Shown: piece after piece, positions 8,903 to 15,521 of the stretch | Layout: every line of letters begins with the position of its first letter | How positions within the stretch are numbered: position 1 is the first letter of the stretch | NCBI GenBank assembly: GCA_017609205.1 | Contig: JAFCEL010000001.1 | Location: 360,001 to 392,000 of the forward strand | DNA length: 32,000 bases | DNA from: Candidatus Saccharimonadota bacterium | Lineage (GTDB): Archaea > Nanobdellota > Nanobdellia > Pacearchaeales > GW2011-AR1 | Reading direction: 5' to 3' | Notes under the pieces: generated by a model | The model's input: only the letters and a program-made list of their open reading frames with translations | The model's database searches: none | What the model was told of the DNA's origin: nothing | Translations under genes and position numbers: made by a program

Positions 8903-9574
8903 TTATAGGTTAATTATCTCACCAATTTCATATTTTTTACTATCTTTTTCCTTGATGATTGTTATCGGTGCGAGACCTATTGTTTTGCATACTTCTCCAT
9001 CTATAAAAAGCGCTGATTCTTCAGGTATTGCAATAACATTTCTTTTTGTTTTTTTGATATACTCTTGATGTTCTTTAATTTGGTCGTCTTCAAAATGGCA
9101 CTGAATGTCAAAATTTTTCACAAGATTCATCCCCCTTGTATCGCTAATCTTAACTTTGTTTTTATCTTTTTCTTTACATATTAGTGCAATGGAGACATCT
9201 TTCCCAAAGATTATTGCTCCTGCAGAACCGCCATAAATTGTCCCCCCTTTTTTGTAATAATTAACTAATTTCTTATCAAAGCCACTTTCTTTAATGCTTT
9301 TTAACAATTTGAAGGTGTTCCCTCCTCCGATGTAAATAGCATCATAATTTTTTAAGTTAATTTTTCTATTACAATTAGTCAGAGTATCAAACTTAATATC
9401 TTTGTTATGTAATGTAAGCATTTTTGCAAACCATTTTTTACATTCTTTATAACTTTCTTCCTTCCATGCTAGAGGAATGTATAAGATCTTTTTGATCTCT
9501 TGTAGAAAGATTTTGTCTAAAGCATATGTTTTTATTTCATTTCCCCCTCCTGATAAATATAATTTCCCTTTCAT
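8903..9574 (-). CDS. Peptidase S51 / dipeptidase E-like (class I glutamine amidotransferase-like fold)
   Basis: LYLSGGGN, AIYIGGGNTFKLL, GGTIYGGSAGAIIFG (nucleophile Ser context). Confidence 0.65.
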   Translation of the reverse strand: MKGKLYLSGGGNEIKTYALDKIFLQEIKKILYIPLAWKEESYKECKKWFAKMLTLHNKDIKFDTLTNCNRKINLKNYDAIYIGGGNTFKLLKSIKESGFDKKLVNYYKKGGTIYGGSAGAIIFGKDVSIALICKEKDKNKVKISDTRGMNLVKNFDIQCHFEDDQIKEHQEYIKKTKRNVIAIPEESALFIDGEVCKTIGLAPITIIKEKDSKKYEIGEIINL

Positions 9575-9575
9575 C

Positions 9576-10943
9576 CTAGAATTTTAATTTCTTTCCTTTC
9601 ATAAATTTTCTTGCTAATTTCATCATTTGCTTTTGGGATATTGGTTTTTCAGGATCGAAGTTTGAAGAATCCTTGAGCATTGTGTTTAGCATTTTGTATT
9701 GTTTTAATAATGAGCGAATTTCTGAGTTGGTTACCCCTGCTCCATGTGCAACACGATTGAGGCGGGAAGTTCCTGTTTTTTTGTCGTCAAAAAGGGTTGG
9801 GTTTTGTCTTTCTTCTGGTGTCATTGATTTTATAATATGCTCCCATTTTTTGATTTTAGCTTCTTGAGTTCCTAAAAGCTCTTCTGGAATTTTTGCAGAG
9901 CTAAAGCCAGGAATCATTGATTTTATTTTATTAAAACCCCCGAGTGCGCTCATTGATTTGACTTGTTCTATAACATCTTCTAGTGTTAGTTTTCCTTCTT
10001 TGAGAATTTTTTGTGATTTTTTTTCATCAGTTACAGATTTTATTTTTTCAATTAAAGATTGCAAATCACCCATGCCGAGTAATCTTGATAGAAATCTTTC
10101 TGGAGCGAACTCTTCGATATCATTTATCTTTTCACCATTTGTTATAAAATAAACTGGTGCTTTTGTTTCTGCGCAAGCTGTTAAGGCACCCCCTCCTTTT
10201 GCAGTAGAATCCATTCTTGTAATAATAACACCTGAGATATTCACAGCATCCTTAAATTCTTGTGATTGCTTTTTTGCGGCTTGTCCAATATCTGCAGGCA
10301 TAACAAGAATTGTTTCTGTTGGTTGGATTTCTTTACTTAGATTTTTTATTTCTTTTATTAAGGCTTTGTCTAAGTTATGTCTTCCTGCTGTGTCTATTAA
10401 GACTAAATTATAGTCTTTTAATTCTTTCTTGAACTTCTTCCATGTTTTGACTGCATTATTTTCTTTTTCATCTATAAAATAGTCTAATTTGTTTTTTTCA
10501 GCGAGTTGTTTTAATTGTTCTTTTGCAGCAGGTCGATGAACATCTAAACCGACTAGAGCAACTTTTTTTCCTCGTTTTGCATAATAATTTCCTAGTTTTG
10601 CAATGGTGGTTGTTTTTCCAGCTCCATAGAGTCCCAGAAGCATAATCCTGTTTTGTTTTGACTGCAGTTTAAGTTGTTTGTATTCTCCGAGAATCTTCAC
10701 TAATTCGTCATGAAGGATCTTAATTAAATGCTCTTTTTTTTCAATTCCTTTTATTCTCTCATCAAGAGCAACTTTTTTTATTTTGTCTGATAGTTGTTTT
10801 ACTAGTAAGATATTCACATCAGCTTCAATTAGTGCTCTTTGCAAGTCTCTTATAATTGAATCAACGAGGTTTTTATCCAGAAATATGGCGTTTGTTATTC
10901 TATCAGTTGCTTTTCTTATTACTTCTCCGAGTCTTTCTAACAT
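9576..10943 (-). CDS. srp54: Signal recognition particle protein SRP54
   Basis: N domain, G domain GLYGAGKTTT / DTAGR / TRMD, and a Met-rich M domain. Confidence 0.95.
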   Translation of the reverse strand: MLERLGEVIRKATDRITNAIFLDKNLVDSIIRDLQRALIEADVNILLVKQLSDKIKKVALDERIKGIEKKEHLIKILHDELVKILGEYKQLKLQSKQNRIMLLGLYGAGKTTTIAKLGNYYAKRGKKVALVGLDVHRPAAKEQLKQLAEKNKLDYFIDEKENNAVKTWKKFKKELKDYNLVLIDTAGRHNLDKALIKEIKNLSKEIQPTETILVMPADIGQAAKKQSQEFKDAVNISGVIITRMDSTAKGGGALTACAETKAPVYFITNGEKINDIEEFAPERFLSRLLGMGDLQSLIEKIKSVTDEKKSQKILKEGKLTLEDVIEQVKSMSALGGFNKIKSMIPGFSSAKIPEELLGTQEAKIKKWEHIIKSMTPEERQNPTLFDDKKTGTSRLNRVAHGAGVTNSEIRSLLKQYKMLNTMLKDSSNFDPEKPISQKQMMKLARKFMKGKKLKF

Positions 10944-10944
10944 T

Positions 10945-11763
10945 TTATAGTATGTCTAAAGGGCTTTTTATATTTTCTATATCTGTGTTAGCAACATGGG
11001 TATAAACCTGAGTTGTTCTAAGATTTTTGTGCCCTAATAGTTTTTGTATTTTCCTTATATCCACTCCTTGCTCTAATAAATGGGTTGCGAAAGAATGCCT
11101 TAAAACATGGGGCCTTATTTTCCTTCCGAGAGCTTTTTTCGAGCTTTTTTCTAGGATTTTTTCTATACTTTTTGAAGAGTATTTTTTATTTCTGTTTGAT
11201 TCAAACAAGTGGTCTTTTGGAGTATATTGTAAAAGGTATTTAAGAAAATCGTTTTTAATTGATTCAGGGAAAAGGGTTATTCTGTCTTTTTTTCCTTTTC
11301 CTTGTCTAATATAAATTATCTTTCTTTCAATATCAATGTCCTTTGGTTTAAGGTTAGTTAACTCAGAGACTCTTAATCCTGCAGAATAAATTAGTTGCAC
11401 AATTAGCCTATGCTTCAAGTTTTTTATCTCTTTTATTATCTTGGAGATTTCTGTCTTGTTTAATATTTCGGGAATTTTTGATTCTGTTTTGTAATTTGGA
11501 AGTTTAAACTCACTTTGTTTTCCAATGATTTTAAATAATATTCTTAAGGCAGAATATTTTTGTTTTATGTAGCTTGTACTTTCTTTTTTCTCAATACTTT
11601 TTAATAAGTATTTCTTAACATCATCATTTGAGGGGTTATTAGAACTTTTTCTTATAAAATCTTCTATTATTCTTGAGTATGATTTTATAGTTTTCGAAGA
11701 CAAATTTCTTAATCTTAGGTAATTCTCATATTCTTGTTTAATCGAACTTATTTTTTTGTGCAT
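10945..11763 (-). CDS. xerA: Xer-type tyrosine recombinase (XerA-like), candidate integrase of the adjacent cassette array
   Basis: Catalytic series AGLRVSEL (R), GKGKKDR (K), HVLRHSFATH (H-x-x-R), LLGHKNLRTTQVYTHV (H, Y). Only 272 aa. The stop lies 1 nt from the srp54 start. The start faces the attI-like GTTAAAC box. Confidence 0.9.
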   Translation of the reverse strand: MHKKISSIKQEYENYLRLRNLSSKTIKSYSRIIEDFIRKSSNNPSNDDVKKYLLKSIEKKESTSYIKQKYSALRILFKIIGKQSEFKLPNYKTESKIPEILNKTEISKIIKEIKNLKHRLIVQLIYSAGLRVSELTNLKPKDIDIERKIIYIRQGKGKKDRITLFPESIKNDFLKYLLQYTPKDHLFESNRNKKYSSKSIEKILEKSSKKALGRKIRPHVLRHSFATHLLEQGVDIRKIQKLLGHKNLRTTQVYTHVANTDIENIKSPLDIL

Positions 11764-11799
11764 AATCTATTCCATAAAGAGGATTTTATATAATTTGTG

Positions 11800-11829
11800 A
11801 TAGAAGTTCGATTAAAAGGTGTTAAACGA
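11800..11829 (+). other. attI-like insertion point (G|TTAAACGA)
   Basis: GTTAAACGA at 11821-11829, 58 nt upstream of the recombinase start codon. It is the exact reverse complement of TCGTTTAAC (11983-11991) in the first attC-like site. Confidence 0.45.
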
Positions 11830-11984
11830 AATTTTTTGCCCCTATTTTTTTGGGTTTTCTTTTTTTTAGTCTGTCTTCGGCAGAATTGATTTGGGGCAAA
11901 AAACTCTGCGGAAAAATCAAAGATTTTTTCCTTGCCTCGCTGCGCTCTCACTCCACTTCGCTATCGCTTCGTTTCGTTCGGGTC

Positions 11985-12080
11985 GTTTAACAGCGATTAA
12001 GAGGTTCGCTTGTTGCACTTCGCTCTCCCAAATTTCTTCGGCTTCGCCTCAGAAACTTCTCTTAATCGCTCATGTTATCC
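11985..12080 (+). repeat. attC-like site 1
   Basis: R'' GTTTAAC; L'' CGATTAAGAG (11994-12003) is perfectly complementary to L' CTCTTAATCG (12059-12068); 5-nt spacer; G|TTATCC at 12074. Internal C(TTCG)G hairpins. Confidence 0.65.
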
Positions 12081-12104
12081 GAAATGCCGACGAAAACGCA
12101 AGCT

Positions 12105-12113
12105 TTTTAAATA
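12105..12113 (+). promoter_or_regulatory. TATA-box-like element of cassette 2
   Basis: TTTTAAATA ends 20 nt before ATG 12133. Confidence 0.45.
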
Positions 12114-12132
12114 ATCAAATTTTATTTAATTT

Positions 12133-12774
12133 ATGGTTAAAGAAAAATCAAAAAATCTTACGATTTTTATCGCGGTCGTTGTAATATTAGTTTTGGCCAC
12201 TGGTTTTTTAACATATTCTTATACATTAAATCAATTTTCATCCTCACAAGAAGAAACACTTAATTTTTTTAAAGAATATTCTATTGCATTAAATAATATT
12301 CATATCGCTTCTGGTTTTTTAGATATCGCATTATTGAATTTGAATGCAGGAAATTCGTATGTTGAGACTGGCGAATACTATTATGAATTTGCGATAGATT
12401 ATTATGATACTGGAAAAGAACAGGTTTTGGATGCTAAAGAATTACTTAATAAAGCTAAAACAAAATTACAAAACCTGCAAACTAATGCCCCAAATTCTTT
12501 TTTCCAAGAGGATGTCGAAAAGCGAATAGAACAAGCAGATTCTTTAATTTCTGTTAGTAATGATTTATATTCTCTTCTTGATTACCAGAAGCAACAACTT
12601 TACGAAATTAATTATGGTTCTGAATCAAAGGCAACAGAATATTATAATAAATATAATGCCCTTATCCCAGAATTTAATAATAAACTAAAAAAATTAAGTG
12701 AAATCCAAAACCAGATTGATTTAAATTGGGACCAAGATTGGTATCCTACTTTCCAAGAAACAGCGACCGCTTGA
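12133..12774 (+). CDS. Hypothetical membrane-anchored protein (N-terminal TM, helical ectodomain)
   Basis: AT-rich coding-like ORF with hydrophobic LTIFIAVVVILVLATGFL near the N-terminus. I recognise no family motif. Confidence 0.6.
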   Translation: MVKEKSKNLTIFIAVVVILVLATGFLTYSYTLNQFSSSQEETLNFFKEYSIALNNIHIASGFLDIALLNLNAGNSYVETGEYYYEFAIDYYDTGKEQVLDAKELLNKAKTKLQNLQTNAPNSFFQEDVEKRIEQADSLISVSNDLYSLLDYQKQQLYEINYGSESKATEYYNKYNALIPEFNNKLKKLSEIQNQIDLNWDQDWYPTFQETATA

Positions 12775-12859
12775 TTTTTCTTTTCGTCGGCACTCTGCGG
12801 ATTTTCTACGAAAATCCTTGCCCCATTGCATTCTCAAAATCCTTCGGATTTTTCGGGTC

Positions 12860-12954
12860 GGATAACAACGATTTAACGGAAAATCCCTTGCAGGAATTTT
12901 CCCAAATTTCTTCGGCTTCGCCTCAGAAACTTCTCTTAATCGCTCATGTTCGCC
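12860..12954 (+). repeat. attC-like site 2
   Basis: R'' GGATAAC is the reverse complement of the GTTATCC junction at 12074. The right half (12900-12950) is identical over 51 nt to site 1 (12026-12076). G|TTCGCC at 12948. Confidence 0.65.
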
Positions 12955-13080
12955 AAAATTTTCCCTTTGCCCTCCAGAGTCGGGTAAATCCTCACGCTGG
13001 TTTTGAGGTGCTTCCCTTAACGCTCCAATCCGAAATCGGAGGACATCGGATAATATCGCTGATTAAAGGAAATTTGAAAA

Positions 13081-13512
13081 ATGGATAAAGAAATAAAGTT
13101 TGAAGCATTTGACTTGAGAAAAGTAAGACCTCTCTTGTTGAAAATAGCAAAAGAGAAAGGTAAAACTTACGAAGAAGTTAAGAGAGTGTTTTACGAAAAG
13201 ATAGAAATTCCATACGCACCTCAAAGCGTATCGGACAAAGGAAAAACTCACGAGGGTGTTTTGAACACCACTCGTGCCGACTTCGTCGGTCGGCGAACAC
13301 CGAATAAACGGAAAAATGCTTTGGCTTCGCCAACCTGTTTTTTACAGGACGCATTTTTCTCAAATTCTTGCTCCGCAAGAACTTCGTTTATTCTATCCAT
13401 TAGTCGAAATTTAATTTGGTGCAAATTTGCCCGCCCCCTTAAGCGTGTGCTTAAACTCAATTATAATAATCTTTATATATATGAATCAATAACAGTCTTA
13501 TATGCCACTTAG
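13081..13512 (+). CDS. Small hypothetical protein; only the first ~55 codons look coding, the rest reads through attC-like site 3
   Basis: MDKEIKFEAFDLRKVRPLLLKIAKEKGKTYEEVKRVFYEKIEIPY is coding-like. From ~13245 the frame runs through the GC-rich repeat and across the 13399 junction without a stop. Confidence 0.35.
   Translation: MDKEIKFEAFDLRKVRPLLLKIAKEKGKTYEEVKRVFYEKIEIPYAPQSVSDKGKTHEGVLNTTRADFVGRRTPNKRKNALASPTCFLQDAFFSNSCSARTSFILSISRNLIWCKFARPLKRVLKLNYNNLYIYESITVLYAT
13292..13405 (+). repeat. attC-like site 3
   Basis: R'' GGCGAAC is the reverse complement of the GTTCGCC junction at 12948. L'' CGAATAAACG (13301-13310) pairs with L' CGTTTATTC (13385-13393). Inner stem GAAAAATGC/GCATTTTTC encloses two hairpins. 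Junction A|TTAGTC at 13399. Confidence 0.6.
13472..13479 (+). promoter_or_regulatory. TATA-box-like element of cassette 4
   Basis: TTTATATA ends 22 nt before ATG 13502. Confidence 0.45.
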
Positions 13513-13954
13513 ACAATATGCAGAATGGGTTGATGCACCCAGAACAAAAACTTATTTTCAAGAAGGTAGAGCAGGAATTTTAAGATTAGATGCTCATAAA
13601 GAGTTTTCTCCTGAGCATACATTAGATTTAGTTATTGCTAAAACAACTCTTTATGAAGATTGCAATATCTCCTCTAAACTCCTTCCTCTAGTTGTTGCAA
13701 TGTGGGAGAGGAAAGGAGATGAAAGACTTAATGACTTCTATTCTTTTGATAATAATGGCGTCTGCTTATCTCATGGTTATTCAAGAATGAAAAATGGTCA
13801 ACGAGTTGTAGATGAACAACACGATACAGATATAAGCAGACTTATTGAATATGGAGAAGTCATTAAAGATTTAATAGGAGATTATCCAATTCCTGCTCAA
13901 TTAGCAATGCACACGACAGTTATTGATTTAAGACAAAATACCTTAAGAGAATAA
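13502..13954 (+). CDS. Hypothetical protein
   Basis: 150-aa ORF that fills cassette 4 (13400-14177), with a TATA box at the standard distance. No motif recognised. Confidence 0.6.
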   Translation: MPLRQYAEWVDAPRTKTYFQEGRAGILRLDAHKEFSPEHTLDLVIAKTTLYEDCNISSKLLPLVVAMWERKGDERLNDFYSFDNNGVCLSHGYSRMKNGQRVVDEQHDTDISRLIEYGEVIKDLIGDYPIPAQLAMHTTVIDLRQNTLRE

Positions 13955-14058
13955 CGCACATGCTTTTTTCTTTTCCCACCCAATAAGCACCAAATTAAAC
14001 TCTTCGCCAGCCCTTCGGGACATTGCATTCTGGCTCGGTTTTTTCTACGAAAAAACTC

Positions 14059-14183
14059 TACTAACAGCGATTAAGACTCCACTCACTTGCAGTTCGCTAC
14101 GCCCTTCGGTTTTGTGGGTTGCCTCAAAACCTACGGGGAAATAAATCCTTCGGATTTACTTCTCTTAATCGCATATGTTGCTT
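14059..14183 (+). repeat. attC-like site 4
   Basis: R'' TACTAAC (5/7 complementary to the 13399 junction). L'' CGATTAAGAC pairs with L' CTCTTAATCG. Several C(TTCG)G / CTACG hairpins. G|TTGCTT at 14177. Confidence 0.55.
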
Positions 14184-14316
14184 GGCTTCGCCCAAATTTT
14201 TTCTTAATTATAACGGGCAGGGGCTTTTTAGTCCTTCGGACATATTTTTTATTCTAAAATAGAAATATTTAAATACTATTAAATTAATATTTTAATAATA
14301 TTCAGAAGATGATAAA

Positions 14317-14484
14317 ATGGTAAAAATTCAAAAAACAAATACGGGTCAATCAATAATAACCATCCCTCGAAGTATTATGAGGGCTACTGGCTGGGGAAGA
14401 GGGACCGAATTAATGCCTTATGTGGATGAAGAAGGAAAACTTATTCTGAAAGAGATAAAAATTAAAAAGAGGATGAGAAGATGA
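14317..14484 (+). CDS. AbrB/SpoVT/MazE-type swapped-hairpin DNA-binding protein (55 aa, below the ORF-track cut-off)
   Basis: Hand translation: MVKIQKTNTGQSIITIPRSIMRATGWGRGTELMPYVDEEGKLILKEIKIKKRMRR*. Its stop overlaps the dcm ATG (ATGA at 14481-14484). Confidence 0.6.
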   Translation: MVKIQKTNTGQSIITIPRSIMRATGWGRGTELMPYVDEEGKLILKEIKIKKRMRR

Positions 14485-15521
14485 ACAGTAAAAATCCAAT
14501 TGCAATAAGTTTATTCTCTGGCATGGGAGGACTTGACTTAGGACTAAAGAAAGCAGGCTATAAAATTGCTGTTCAACTTGATATAGATCACCATTGTATT
14601 GAAACGCTTAAAACCAATTGGCCAAGAGTCCCAAAAATACAAGAAGACATAGCATTTCTTACTGCAAGAAAGATTTTATCAAAAGCCAACCTTAGTAAAA
14701 GAAAAGTTGATCTTATCGCTGGAGGACCAAGTTGTCAACCATTCTCACGATCAAATGAAGGAAAACGAAAGGGGGTTAAAGATAGAAGAGGCAAACTTAT
14801 TTTTGAGTTTGCTAGGTTAGTAGACGAGATTCGACCCAAAGCATTTATTATGGAAAATGTTGCAGGACTGATATCTTCAAATAAAGGGAAAGATTTCAAG
14901 AAATTACTCAATTTTTATAATAAAATTAATTATCACATTCAATATCAAGTTCTAAATGCAGCTGAATATGGACTTCCACAGAAAAGAAAAAGATTATTTC
15001 TTGTCGGCTTTAGAAAGAAAACAAACTTTAATTTTCCAAATCCAACTCATGGCGAGGGAGATGGCTTAGCACCTTTCGTAACAAGCGGAGAAGTATTAAG
15101 AGATTTAGATGATGGTATAATCCATGATAGTACCGTTTCAATAGGTGGAAAACATGGTCATCTTATTAACGATATCCCCCCTGGAATGAATTATATTTAT
15201 TATACTGCAGAATATAACCCAAAAAATGCTATCTTTCGTAATAGATCAAAGTTCTGGACATTTTTATTAAAATTAGATCCTAAACAGCCCTCTACAACAA
15301 TCCAAGCAAGTCCTTGGAGTCATGTAGGTCCCTTCCACTGGAATAATAGACGACTAACTATTGCAGAAATTAAGCGGCTCCAAGGAATACCTGATAACTA
15401 CTTCGTATCGGGTGCCAGAGAAAAAGAATATACCTCACCAGCATGGAGACAGATAGGTGATGCTGTTCCTCCATTGCTTTCTTATGTTCTGGGGAAAGAA
15501 ATTAAAAAGATAATTTATTGA
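14481..15521 (+). CDS. dcm: DNA (cytosine-5)-methyltransferase
   Basis: Motif I FSGMGG, motif IV GGPSCQPFS, motif VI ENV, motif VIII QKRKRLF, motif X GDAVPP. Confidence 0.92.
   Translation: MNSKNPIAISLFSGMGGLDLGLKKAGYKIAVQLDIDHHCIETLKTNWPRVPKIQEDIAFLTARKILSKANLSKRKVDLIAGGPSCQPFSRSNEGKRKGVKDRRGKLIFEFARLVDEIRPKAFIMENVAGLISSNKGKDFKKLLNFYNKINYHIQYQVLNAAEYGLPQKRKRLFLVGFRKKTNFNFPNPTHGEGDGLAPFVTSGEVLRDLDDGIIHDSTVSIGGKHGHLINDIPPGMNYIYYTAEYNPKNAIFRNRSKFWTFLLKLDPKQPSTTIQASPWSHVGPFHWNNRRLTIAEIKRLQGIPDNYFVSGAREKEYTSPAWRQIGDAVPPLLSYVLGKEIKKIIY

Noticed and set aside
8789-8905. Stop-codon reassignment (TAA or TGA read as sense) to explain the Bud32 and HExxH peptidase start problems
   Set aside because: TAA, TAG and TGA all terminate well-supported genes at sensible lengths in this window (for example TGA for EndoQ, TAG for aIF2-alpha, TAA for the surface protein). 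The peptidase case has tandem TAA TGA. Standard code 11 fits everything else.
10945-13000. Prophage, IS or integrative plasmid as the context of the tyrosine recombinase
   Set aside because: There are no capsid, terminase or replication genes, and no transposase. No direct repeat of a tRNA 3' end is present; the only tRNA (8226-8298) is 2.6 kb away, separated by core genes. The recombinase is packed head-to-tail with srp54.
11748-13460. Track ORFs 11748..11951(-), 11891..12184(+), 12726..13088(+), 13178..13378(-) and 13248..13460(-) as protein genes
   Set aside because: They lie entirely in the GC-richer structured repeats. Two of them share the peptide ISSASPQKLLLIAHV only because of the 51-nt nucleotide repeat. 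Their composition is unlike neighbouring AT-rich coding DNA, and they have no TATA box at the standard distance.
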